Source of the DNA: Pseudomonadota bacterium
GTDB taxonomy: Bacteria; Pseudomonadota; Gammaproteobacteria; Pseudomonadales; Halomonadaceae
Length of the DNA: 64,000 nucleotides
Direction: 5' to 3'
Assembly (NCBI GenBank): GCA_051749325.1
Contig: JBNJIL010000013.1
Coordinates: forward strand, 1,294-65,293
Position 1 is the stretch's first letter. Each line of letters opens with the position of its first letter. The notes below the pieces were generated by a model. That model saw only the letters and a list, made by a program, of their open reading frames with translations. It had not been told where the DNA came from and did not search any database. The translations under genes and the position numbers were made by a program. Below, in pieces: positions 49,814-58,751 of the stretch.

Positions 49814-52155
49814 GCGCCAACGAGACATCCCTGCAGGCCCTGGCCTGCGCCACCGAGCGGGTCGCCCCCACCTGGCCGCTGGATCGCTGGATCGCCGTTA
49901 ACCCGTGGTGGGGCATGCGCGACCTGCCCATCGAGGAAGCGGAGGCACGCCTTGCCCGGCACGCCGGGGTCACCTTGACCCTGCCGGCCACCTTCTATCG
50001 TCAGGCGTGGGCAGCAGGACGCATCCAGCCCGAGGACCTGCGCGGTGCCATCGCCCTGTGTGACGCATCGCTCGACGAGGCAGCCCTGCTGGCCCGGCTG
50101 GATCGTCCCGAGGCCAGGCGGCGGCCCCCGGCGAGTGCCTGGGAACTGTCCGCTGAAGATACCGCCGCGACACCCCATGACCCCTTCGCCGCGGTGGCCG
50201 AGCTCTGCGCCGGTTATTTCGACCACCACCAGCAGCGCTGGGAAGCGGCGCCGGATGACACCCTCTACGGCTGGTGGCGCAGCCAGAGCCGCCATGACCG
50301 GCGCCTGAGCGCCGCCCAGCGCAGGCGCATCGAGAGGCTGCCGGCTGATGCGGCGGCCGCCCGCGACACGCTGCTCGATGACCTGGCGCTCGCCCCCGAC
50401 GCCCTGGAGGCACTGGCCCATACCCTGCTGCTGCGGGTCAATGGCTGGGCCTCATGGTGCCAGGGGCTGGCCTGGCACACGCCAGCCGCTGCGCGTCACG
50501 CCGGCATCGATGAGCTGCTGGTGGTCCTGCTGGGCTGGGAGTGGCTGGGGCTGGCCGAACTGGCAAAGCGCCGCCGTGCTTACTGGCGGGCACAGTGGAC
50601 GCCGTCACCCGCTAAGCCAGCCCCCGACCACCGGGCGCTGTGGTGCTGGCAGTGTGCCTACGAGCTGGGCTATCAGCGGCAGCTGTCCGCGATGCTGGCG
50701 GCACCCCCCGCCGCCCCACGGCAGCAGCCGGCCGCCGTGCAGGCCGCCTTCTGCATCGACGTGCGTTCCGAACGGTTTCGGCGCCATCTCGAGGCCGCCT
50801 CGCCCGCGATCGATACCCGGGGCGTGGCGGGCTTCTTCGGCATGCCGATCACCCACGCCAGCGCGGGGCCGACACGCGCCCTGCCACGGGTGCCCGGTCT
50901 GCTCTCGCCCCGCTACCGCACCGAGGAGGTGCCGCCCCGCGCCGCGCTGCACCACCGGCGCTATCGGCAGGAAGCCCGGCGCGAGGGCCTTCGCCATGCC
51001 AAGTACCATGCGCTGTCGACCTTCACCCTGATCGAGACGACCGGGCTGGCCTGGGCGTGGAACCTGTTGAGGGACAGTGTCCATCGCCCCGCTCCCTCGG
51101 CAGTGCCGACGCCTCTCGCGGGCCCCTTTGATGCCGAGGGCGACACGCCGCTGCCACTGGAGACGCGCGTCGACCTTGCCCATGGACTGCTCGACGCCCT
51201 GGCACTGGGGGACGAAGTGGCACCGCTTCTGGTGCTGATCGGCCACGACTCGGCGAGCAACAACAATCCGCATCACGCCGGACTCGCCTGCGGCGCCTGC
51301 GGCGGCCACGGCGGTGGCGTGAATGCAAGGCTGGCCGCCCGGTTGCTCAACGACCCGGCGGTACGACGGGAGCTCGAGGCCCGCGGCATGTCGCTGCCGG
51401 CCACCACGCATGTGCTGGCCGCCAGCCACTGCACCCTCACCGATGAGGTCACGCTGCTGGATACCGAGGCCGTCCCCGCGGCACTGATGTCCCGGCTGCC
51501 ATCGTTTGAACAGGCCCTGGCACGGGCCGGCGCGGCGACGCGCGAAGAGCGCGCCACGGCGCTGGGCGTGGCGACCGGTGACGCGGCAGCGCGCCTGTCG
51601 GCACTGCAGCGGCGCGGCAACGACTGGTCCCAGCCACGCCCCGAGTGGGGGCTGGCCAACAACGCGGCCCTGCTGCTGGCTCCCCGCAGTGCCAGCCGTG
51701 GCCTCGACCTCGAGGGGCGGGTCTTCCTGCACGACTATGACCCCGAGCGCGACCTCGACGGCAACACCCTGGAGGCGCTCATGACGGCCCCGATGCTGGT
51801 GGCCAGCTGGATCAACCTGCAGTACTACGCCTCGGTGGCGGTGCCCTCCCTCTACGGCGCCGGCAACAAGCTGCTGCACTCGGTGGTCGGCGGCCATGTC
51901 GGCGTGATCGAGGGCAACTCGCCGCAGCTGCGCATCGGCCTGCCGCTGCAGTCGCTGCACGACGGCATGGCGTGGCGTCACGAGCCGCTGCGCCTGACGG
52001 TCGTGATCGACGCACCGTGCGAGCGGATCGAGGGCATACTGGCACGCCAGCCCGATGTCGCCCGGCTGGTTGAGCACCGCTGGCTGTGGCTGTGCCGGCG
52101 CACCGAGACGGGACTGGCACTGTACACGCGGGCCGGCTGGCAGCACCTGGCGTGA
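49810..52155 (+). CDS. dabA: DUF2309/UPF0753 protein, DabA-type inorganic carbon pump subunit
   Basis: 781 aa from ATG 49810 (MSANETSLQ...WPLDRWIAVNPWWG). Cys/Asp motif AAFCIDVRSE. His/Cys motif NNPHHAGLACGACGGHGG. The track ORF 48580..52155 is an off-frame 5' extension that overlaps dabB. Confidence 0.82.
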   Translation: MSANETSLQALACATERVAPTWPLDRWIAVNPWWGMRDLPIEEAEARLARHAGVTLTLPATFYRQAWAAGRIQPEDLRGAIALCDASLDEAALLARLDRPEARRRPPASAWELSAEDTAATPHDPFAAVAELCAGYFDHHQQRWEAAPDDTLYGWWRSQSRHDRRLSAAQRRRIERLPADAAAARDTLLDDLALAPDALEALAHTLLLRVNGWASWCQGLAWHTPAAARHAGIDELLVVLLGWEWLGLAELAKRRRAYWRAQWTPSPAKPAPDHRALWCWQCAYELGYQRQLSAMLAAPPAAPRQQPAAVQAAFCIDVRSERFRRHLEAASPAIDTRGVAGFFGMPITHASAGPTRALPRVPGLLSPRYRTEEVPPRAALHHRRYRQEARREGLRHAKYHALSTFTLIETTGLAWAWNLLRDSVHRPAPSAVPTPLAGPFDAEGDTPLPLETRVDLAHGLLDALALGDEVAPLLVLIGHDSASNNNPHHAGLACGACGGHGGGVNARLAARLLNDPAVRRELEARGMSLPATTHVLAASHCTLTDEVTLLDTEAVPAALMSRLPSFEQALARAGAATREERATALGVATGDAAARLSALQRRGNDWSQPRPEWGLANNAALLLAPRSASRGLDLEGRVFLHDYDPERDLDGNTLEALMTAPMLVASWINLQYYASVAVPSLYGAGNKLLHSVVGGHVGVIEGNSPQLRIGLPLQSLHDGMAWRHEPLRLTVVIDAPCERIEGILARQPDVARLVEHRWLWLCRRTETGLALYTRAGWQHLA

Positions 52156-52263
52156 GGCCCGCGACGGCGCGAAGCGCAGCGATGACCACGCCTCGGCGCG
52201 CAAGATCCGGTATCCTGAGCGGACGGATTCCCCCTTTGGCAGCGCTCCCGCTTGGAGAGAGAC

Positions 52264-53442
52264 ATGGACGAGACCCTGGAGGCGATCATCGTGGGCGGCG
52301 GCATGGTCGGCGCGGCCGTGGCGGCGGCACTCGGCCAGGCCGGCCTGGCCGTCACGCTGATCGAGGGTGGCGGGCCGCCCGAGGCGATCGCCGCGGATGC
52401 GCCCTTCGACCTGCGCGTATCGTCGCTCAACCTGGCCTCGCAGCGATTGCTGGAGCGGGTGGGTGCCTGGTCGTTCATCCCCGAGGCACGCCGCTGCCCC
52501 TTCCGCCATATCGAGGCCAGCGACGAGAGCGAGGCGCGCCATGTCCATTTCAGCGCCGCCGACCTCGAGCTCCCCGACCTGGGCCACTTCGTCGAGAACC
52601 GGGTGATTCGCCATGCCCTCTGGCAGCGCCTGGCCGAGCTGCCCAGCGTCACGACCCTCTGCCATGCCAGCCCGGTCGCGCTGGTCAGCGGCGGGCAGCA
52701 GGCGCTGGTCGAGCTCGATGACGGCCGGTTGCTGGCCGCCCGGCTGGTGGTGGGCGCCGACGGCGCCGGCTCACGCATTCGCGAGCTGGCCGGCATTGCC
52801 ACCCGCGACGAGGACTACGCCCAGCGCGCCCTGATCATCAACGTGCGCACCCGCCTGCCCCAGCAGGACGTGAGCTGGCAGCGCTTCACGCGCGATGGCC
52901 CCCAGGCGCTGCTGCCCCTGCCCGGCCCTCACGCCTCGCTGGTGTGGTACGACAGCGACGCGGCGACGCGCGCTCGCGAGGCGCTGGATGACGAGGCGCT
53001 GCGCCAGGCCATCGAGGCGGCCTTTCCCACCCGGCTGGGCGGCATCGAGGCGGTCCTCGGCCGCGCCAGCTTCCCCATCCGCCGCCGCCATGCCGAACGC
53101 TACGTGCGGCCACGCCTGGCGCTGGTGGGTGACGCCGCCCATGTCATCCACCCGCTGGCCGGCCAGGGCCTCAACCTCGGGCTGCAGGACGCCGCCGCGC
53201 TGAGCGACCGGGTGGTGTCGGCCTTCCAGGCGGGCCAGGAGCCGGGCGGACGCGGCCCGCTGGCCGGCTATGCGCGTACCCGGCGCCCTCAGACCCTGGC
53301 CATGCTCACCGCCATGGAGACCTTCCACCATGTCTTCACCGGCCCGGCACCGCTGCGTCAGGCCGGCGGCGCCGGCCTGGCGGTGGCCGAGCGCCTGGCC
53401 GGCGCCAAGCGCCAGGTGATGCGTCACGCCCTGGGGCTGTGA
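52264..53442 (+). CDS. UbiH/UbiF/VisC/COQ6-family FAD-dependent hydroxylase
   Basis: IVGGGMVGAAVA dinucleotide fold and GDAAHVIHPLAGQGLNLG motif. Confidence 0.85.
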   Translation: MDETLEAIIVGGGMVGAAVAAALGQAGLAVTLIEGGGPPEAIAADAPFDLRVSSLNLASQRLLERVGAWSFIPEARRCPFRHIEASDESEARHVHFSAADLELPDLGHFVENRVIRHALWQRLAELPSVTTLCHASPVALVSGGQQALVELDDGRLLAARLVVGADGAGSRIRELAGIATRDEDYAQRALIINVRTRLPQQDVSWQRFTRDGPQALLPLPGPHASLVWYDSDAATRAREALDDEALRQAIEAAFPTRLGGIEAVLGRASFPIRRRHAERYVRPRLALVGDAAHVIHPLAGQGLNLGLQDAAALSDRVVSAFQAGQEPGGRGPLAGYARTRRPQTLAMLTAMETFHHVFTGPAPLRQAGGAGLAVAERLAGAKRQVMRHALGL

Positions 53443-53481
53443 GCGCCAGGGCGGCTGGCGTCGCGCTGGGGCCTGCCGCCG

Positions 53482-54405
53482 CTACCCGGTCTTCGCTTGA
53501 AGCCCCGCGGCCGGCCGTGGCCAAGGCGTCGTCTCGGCCAGGGCGGCCTCGAGGAAGGCCAGCAGCTCGGGCAGTTCGCCCTCGATGTGCTGGCTGAGGT
53601 CATGGTCGCCGGGCAGCAGGCGCAGCTCGGCCGGGGTATCGCCGCGGCTGGCGTAGAGGCGTTCGGCATCGCTGGGCGGAATCACCCGGTCATCACGCCC
53701 GTGGACCAGCAACACCGGGCAGCGTATCTGCGGCAGGGTCGTCACCGGCGCGATGGCCGCGAAGCGGTGGCCGATCACCCGCTCCACGTAGCGCATCACG
53801 TACCAGCCCACGGGAAAGAACGGCAGCCCCTTCTCCGCCAGCCAGCGGCGCATCATGCCATCGGGGTGAGCGAAGGCCGAGAGGCTGATCACGGCGGCAA
53901 TGTCGTCGCGCCGCGAAGCGGCCAGCAGCACCGCCGCGGCCCCCACCGAGTGCCCGAGCAGCGCCACCGGGGCATCGGCCAGTCCCGGGCGGGCGCGCAG
54001 CCAGGCCAGTGCCGCTTCGGTGTCCTCGGCGAAGCGCGGCATGGAGGAGAAGCTGTCGGCGTCGCTGTCGCCGTGGTTGCGGGCATCGAACAGCAGTACG
54101 TTCCAGCCGGCCGCCTGCAGCGGCATTGCCAGCGGCAGCATCAGCTCGCGATTGGCGCCCCAGCCGTGGGTAATCACCACCGTGCCCCGCCCTTCGCCGG
54201 GCAGCCACCAGCCCGTCAGCGACCGCCCGCGCCGGGTGGCAAGGGTCACTGTCTCGCCCGTCACGCCATGCGCGTCCAGCCGATGCTGAACCGGCACCCG
54301 CGGGGCCGCCAGGCTGATGCGCAGCCGCCGATGGAAAAGATGCAGCAGCAGTGCCAGGCCCGCCGGCAGCAGTCCCCACCCCAGCCATGGTGATACGCCC
54401 GTCAT
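53482..54405 (-). CDS. alpha/beta hydrolase with an N-terminal membrane anchor
   Basis: 307 aa. Nucleophile elbow GHSVGA, HG oxyanion ITHGWG, C-terminal LPGDHD. Confidence 0.75.
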   Translation of the reverse strand: MTGVSPWLGWGLLPAGLALLLHLFHRRLRISLAAPRVPVQHRLDAHGVTGETVTLATRRGRSLTGWWLPGEGRGTVVITHGWGANRELMLPLAMPLQAAGWNVLLFDARNHGDSDADSFSSMPRFAEDTEAALAWLRARPGLADAPVALLGHSVGAAAVLLAASRRDDIAAVISLSAFAHPDGMMRRWLAEKGLPFFPVGWYVMRYVERVIGHRFAAIAPVTTLPQIRCPVLLVHGRDDRVIPPSDAERLYASRGDTPAELRLLPGDHDLSQHIEGELPELLAFLEAALAETTPWPRPAAGLQAKTG

Positions 54406-54408
54406 CGC

Positions 54409-54885
54409 CTAGACGCCGCCATTGAGCCACCAGGTGGCGGCGTTGAGGTAGGCGGCGAAACTCACCCAGGCCAGGTAGGGCACGAGCAGCCAGGCGGCGA
54501 AGCGCGAGACCTCGGCGAAGCGGCGGATGGTCAGCACGATCAGTCCCCACAGCAGCAGCAGGTCGAGCAGCGCCAGGCCCATCCAGTGCAGGCCGAAGAA
54601 CAGGATCGACCAGAGGGCGTTGGCGGCGAGTTGAGCAACGAAGGGCCAGAGCGTGTGCCAGCGGGCTGCGGGGGTGGCGGCCAGGCTGGCCCGCCAGGCG
54701 GCGAGCGCCATCAGCAGGTAGAGCAGCGTCCAGGCGATGGGGAAGACGAGGGCGGGCGGGGTGAGCGGCGCCTTGACCAGGCCGGCGTACCATTCGCCGG
54801 GCGGCGTGGCAATGCCGCTCAGCGCGGTCAGCGTCACCAGCACAAGCCAGCCGAGGAGTATCATCAGGGAGCGGGTCGGGGTCAT
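54409..54885 (-). CDS. tspO: TspO/MBR family tryptophan-rich sensory protein
   Basis: Five hydrophobic Trp-rich helices (WYAGLVKAPLTPP, AWTLLYLLMALAAW, NALWSILFFG, VPYLAWVSFAAYLN). ATG 54885 has AAGGA 8 nt upstream. Confidence 0.85.
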   Translation of the reverse strand: MTPTRSLMILLGWLVLVTLTALSGIATPPGEWYAGLVKAPLTPPALVFPIAWTLLYLLMALAAWRASLAATPAARWHTLWPFVAQLAANALWSILFFGLHWMGLALLDLLLLWGLIVLTIRRFAEVSRFAAWLLVPYLAWVSFAAYLNAATWWLNGGV

Positions 54886-55128
54886 GCGCGACATCCTTGC
54901 CAGTCGGGCGTTCGTCGAGGTTACCACACTCCTCCGGCGGCCCAGGCTGCGGCATGGCGCCCCGGGGCCGCGATTCGTGTGAACGCGTCTTCCCGAGGGG
55001 GCCTGCGCCGCTGAGGTAGCGCGGCACGGCGGGGTGACGGGAATCGCACCCGGCAGCGCATTTCACAGTGGTCAAGGCCCGCAGCGCAATGTTATAACCT
55101 CCCCTTGTTTTATCGGAGGCTTCCCATC

Positions 55129-55278
55129 ATGGCGCACCGCCGACACCGGCATCGCCCGGAAGGGCCCTGCCATTTCTCGTTGATGTCACTCTCCGCAACC
55201 CGACGCCTGCTGCTGGTCGCCGCACCGCTGATCGCCCTGTGGCTCGCGGTCTTCTGGGCGGTAGGGGGGTGGCGCTGA
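55129..55278 (+). CDS. unannotated 49-codon ORF encoding a His/Cys-rich peptide with one transmembrane helix
   Basis: My translation: MAHRRHRHRPEGPCHFSLMSLSATRRLLLVAAPLIALWLAVFWAVGGWR. GGAGG lies 9 nt upstream of the ATG. The stop overlaps the znuC ATG (TGATG). It is below the size cut-off of the ORF track. Confidence 0.45.
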   Translation: MAHRRHRHRPEGPCHFSLMSLSATRRLLLVAAPLIALWLAVFWAVGGWR

Positions 55279-56012
55279 TGGCGCGCCTGCAACTGCACGA
55301 CCTGCAGCTGGCCCGCGGTGGCCAGACGGTGCTCGAGCACCTGGATGGCCGCTTCATGGATGGCGCCATCACCGCCCTGATCGGCGCCAACGGCGCCGGC
55401 AAGAGCACCCTGATCGCCGCCATCATGGGCATGCTGGCCCCGGTGGCCGGTAGCGTGGAGTGCCGGGTGCCCCGGGAGCGCTGTGCCTGGCTGCCCCAGC
55501 AGCTCGCGCTGGATCTCACCTTCCCGATGAGCGTGGAAGAGCTGATCATGACCGGCACCTGGCCCAGCCACGGCGCCTTGAAGGGGTACTGCGCGGCCCA
55601 CTACCGCCGCGGCCGCGAGATCATGGCGCGGCTGGGCATCTCGCACCTGGCCCACCGGCCGCTGGGCGAGCTCTCCGGCGGCCAGCGCCAGCGGGCCCTG
55701 CTGGGCCGTACCCTGATGCAGGAAGCCGAACTGCTGCTGCTCGACGAGCCCTTCGCCAACGTCGATATCGAGACCGTGGACGTGCTGATGGAGGTGCTGC
55801 GCGACATGGCCCGGCGCGGCACCACCATCATCGTGGTGATCCATGACATGGAGCAGCTCGGTCGCCTGGCCGACGACGTCCTGCTGCTCACCGGCGGGCA
55901 TGGCCGCTGGGTCAGCCCCGACGTCCTGCTCGACCACCATCACGGCCTGGCGCCCCGGGCGCCGCGCCTGCCCCTGACCTTTCCGGATACTTCCCATGCT
56001 GGCACTGCTTGA
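55278..56012 (+). CDS. znuC: zinc/manganese-type ABC transporter ATP-binding protein (ZnuC-like)
   Basis: Walker A GANGAGKST, LSGGQRQRALLGRTL, Walker B LLLLDEP. Confidence 0.85.
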   Translation: MARLQLHDLQLARGGQTVLEHLDGRFMDGAITALIGANGAGKSTLIAAIMGMLAPVAGSVECRVPRERCAWLPQQLALDLTFPMSVEELIMTGTWPSHGALKGYCAAHYRRGREIMARLGISHLAHRPLGELSGGQRQRALLGRTLMQEAELLLLDEPFANVDIETVDVLMEVLRDMARRGTTIIVVIHDMEQLGRLADDVLLLTGGHGRWVSPDVLLDHHHGLAPRAPRLPLTFPDTSHAGTA

Positions 56013-56886
56013 CGCCTGGCTGATGGCACCCCTCGAGTACGGTTTCATGCGGCGCGCCCTGGTGGCCGGCCTGGCGTTGTCGCTGGCCGCGCCGGCGCTG
56101 GGTGTCTTCCTGATGCTGCGCGGCATGAGCCTGATCGGCGACGCCATGGCCCATGCCATCCTGCCCGGCGTGGCGCTGGGCTTCCTGGCTGCCGGGTTCT
56201 CGCTGCCGATCATGAGCCTGGGCGGCATCCTCTCGGGTCTGCTGATCGCGGTGCTGGCCGGCAGCGTGTCGCAGATGACCGGACATCGGGAGGATTCGGC
56301 CATGGCCAGCTTCTTCCTGATCTCGCTGGCCGCCGGCGTCATGCTGGTGTCGCTGGGGGGCAGCAGCGTGGACCTCACCCATGTGCTGTTCGGCTCGATA
56401 CTGGCCGTGGACTCCACCGCCCTGCTCCTGATCGCCGGCATCACCAGCCTGATCGTGGTCATCCTGGCGGTGATCTTCCGCGCCCTGGTCGTCGAGTGCC
56501 TGGACCCGCTGTTCCTGCGTGGCCAGGGGGTGCGCGGCGGACTGGTGCACGGCATCTTCCTGGGGCTGGTCGTGCTCAACCTCACCGCCGGCTTCCAGAC
56601 CCTGGGCACCCTGATGGCCGTTGGCCTGATGATGCTGCCGGCCACCACGGCACGCTTCTGGAGCCAGCGCCTGGAGGGGCTGATCGCCATCGCCATCGCC
56701 ATCGCCCTGGTATCCAGCACCGGTGGCCTGCTGCTCTCCTATCACCTGAGCCTGCCGTCGGGCCCGGCCATCATCCTGCTGGCCGGCAGTGGCTATGTGG
56801 TCTCCGCGCTGTTCGGCCGCCATCACAGCCTGACCGCCCGCTGGCGCCGCCATGCCGAGCCACTGGGCGCTGCCGAGCAGGATTGA
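55996..56886 (+). CDS. znuB: metal ABC transporter permease (ZnuB-like)
   Basis: 296 aa polytopic protein. ABC-3 family pattern (GDAMAHAILPGVALG). Confidence 0.85.
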   Translation: MLALLDAWLMAPLEYGFMRRALVAGLALSLAAPALGVFLMLRGMSLIGDAMAHAILPGVALGFLAAGFSLPIMSLGGILSGLLIAVLAGSVSQMTGHREDSAMASFFLISLAAGVMLVSLGGSSVDLTHVLFGSILAVDSTALLLIAGITSLIVVILAVIFRALVVECLDPLFLRGQGVRGGLVHGIFLGLVVLNLTAGFQTLGTLMAVGLMMLPATTARFWSQRLEGLIAIAIAIALVSSTGGLLLSYHLSLPSGPAIILLAGSGYVVSALFGRHHSLTARWRRHAEPLGAAEQD

Positions 56887-56945
56887 CGGCACCACCACCG
56901 TCACTCGTCTCTCACCCACTGACACAACCGCCAAGGAAGTCTGCC

Positions 56946-57962
56946 ATGCATCTTTCCCGAACCTCCGCCCTGCTTGCCGGCCTTGCCACTCTGCTGACCC
57001 TGCCCACCGCCCTGGCCAGCGAACGCCTTCAGGTGGTCACCAGCTTCAGCATCCTCGCCGACATGGTCGAGAATGTCGGCGGTGAGCATGTGGCGGTGAC
57101 CTCCCTGGTCGGCCCCGACAGCGACGCTCACGTCTACTCCCCGCGCCCCACCGACGCCCGTGCCCTGGCCGAGGCCGACCTGGTGGTCTTCAACGGCCTG
57201 CAGTTCGAGGGCTGGATGGAGCGCCTGGTCGACGCCAGCGACTATGCCGGCGCCCTGGTGGTGGCCACCGACGGCATGGGTGAATTGACGGCCACCGCCG
57301 AGGAGCAGGGCCATGAAGGCCACGACCACGAACACGACCAGCACGATGATCATGGCCATGAAGGCCACGACCACGGCGACGATGATCCCCACGGCTGGCA
57401 GGACCTGGGCATGGGCCGCGTCTACGTGGAGAACATCCTGGCGGGCCTGACCGAGGCCGACCCGGACAACAGCGAGGCCTACAACGCCAACGCCGAGCGC
57501 TATCTGGAGGAGATTGCCGCCACCGATATCGAACTGCGTGAGCTGCTCGGCGAGATTCCCGCCGACACCAGCGTGATCACCGGCCACGACTCCTTCGGCC
57601 ACTTCGCCCGCGCCTACGGCCTGCAGTTTCTCTCCCCCCAGGGGCTCTCCACGGAGAGTGAGCCCAGCGCCGCCAACATGGCCCGGCTGGTCGACGTGAT
57701 CCGCGAGGAGAACGTCAAGGCGCTGTTCCACGAGAACATGACCAGCCCGGCGATGATCAACCAGCTGGCCGAGGAGGCCGGCCTGCCGGTGGCCGGCACC
57801 CTCTATGCCGACGCCCTGGCCGCGGAGGGCGAGGCCAGCACCTACCTGGGCATGATGCGCCACAACGCTCACACCCTGCACGACGCCCTGGCCGAGCCGG
57901 GCCATGATGACCATGGCAATGACGACCACGAGCATGACGATTACCACGGGCACAGTCACTGA
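56946..57962 (+). CDS. znuA: metal (zinc)-binding periplasmic protein ZnuA-like with His-rich loop and His-rich tail
   Basis: Signal peptide MHLSRTSALLAGLATLLTLPTALA. Cluster A-1 binding-protein pattern (VVTSFSILADMV, DAHVY). Loop HEGHDHEHDQHDDHGHEGHDHGDDDPH. Tail GHDDHGNDDHEHDDYHGHSH. Confidence 0.85.
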   Translation: MHLSRTSALLAGLATLLTLPTALASERLQVVTSFSILADMVENVGGEHVAVTSLVGPDSDAHVYSPRPTDARALAEADLVVFNGLQFEGWMERLVDASDYAGALVVATDGMGELTATAEEQGHEGHDHEHDQHDDHGHEGHDHGDDDPHGWQDLGMGRVYVENILAGLTEADPDNSEAYNANAERYLEEIAATDIELRELLGEIPADTSVITGHDSFGHFARAYGLQFLSPQGLSTESEPSAANMARLVDVIREENVKALFHENMTSPAMINQLAEEAGLPVAGTLYADALAAEGEASTYLGMMRHNAHTLHDALAEPGHDDHGNDDHEHDDYHGHSH

Positions 57963-57983
57963 GCGACAGGCTCATGACGCGAC

Positions 57984-58014
57984 CAGCGCCACCTTCGGGT
58001 GGCGCTGTTTTTAT
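57984..58014 (+). terminator. rho-independent terminator after znuA
   Basis: CAGCGCCACC-TTCG-GGTGGCGCTG followed by TTTTTAT. Confidence 0.8.
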
Positions 58015-58067
58015 CTGGACACCGACTTTGTGGGAACATAGATGCCTCTACCACCAGGGAGGCCGCC

Positions 58068-58751
58068 ATGCTCGAGCTGCATCAGGTCCACAAGGCCTAT
58101 GTCACCCCCCAGGGCCCACTGGCGGTGCTGGCGGGCGTCGACCTGACCCTGGCCGTCGGCGAGAGCCTGGCGCTGATGGGCGAGTCGGGCAGCGGCAAGT
58201 CCACCCTGCTGCACCTGGCCGCCGGGCTCGACCTGCCCGACCGCGGCGAGGTCCGGGTGGGCGGCCGCGCCATCTCGTCCCTCGACGAGGCGGGCCGGGC
58301 ACGCCTGCGTCGCGAGACCCTGGGCCTGGTGTTCCAGCAGTTCCACCTGGTGCCGAGCCTGTCGGTACTCGACAACCTGCGCCTGCAGGCGCGCCTCGCC
58401 GGTCGCGAGGACAGCGCCTGGACGGCCGAGCTGGTCGAGCGGCTGGGCCTTGCCGGACGGGAGGGGCGCTATCCGGAGCAGCTCTCCGGTGGCCAGCAGC
58501 AGCGCCTGGCCATCGGCCGCGCCCTGGCGCCGCGCCCGGCCCTGCTGCTCGCCGACGAGCCCACCGGCAACCTCGACGAGAGCACTGCCGACGATGTCCT
58601 GGCGCTGCTGCTGGCCCTGGTGCGTGACACCGGCTGCGCGCTGCTGATGGTCACCCACAGCCCTCGGGTGGCCGCGCCGCTGGATCGGCGTCTGCAGCTT
58701 TCCCATGGCCGGCTGACGGCGCCCGCGATGGGGCAGGCCCCATGCGCCTGA
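58068..58751 (+). CDS. ABC transporter ATP-binding protein (LolD/MacB-type, AttE-like)
   Basis: Walker [40 protein letters not shown] 58068 with AGGGAGG upstream. Confidence 0.85.
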   Translation: MLELHQVHKAYVTPQGPLAVLAGVDLTLAVGESLALMGESGSGKSTLLHLAAGLDLPDRGEVRVGGRAISSLDEAGRARLRRETLGLVFQQFHLVPSLSVLDNLRLQARLAGREDSAWTAELVERLGLAGREGRYPEQLSGGQQQRLAIGRALAPRPALLLADEPTGNLDESTADDVLALLLALVRDTGCALLMVTHSPRVAAPLDRRLQLSHGRLTAPAMGQAPCA

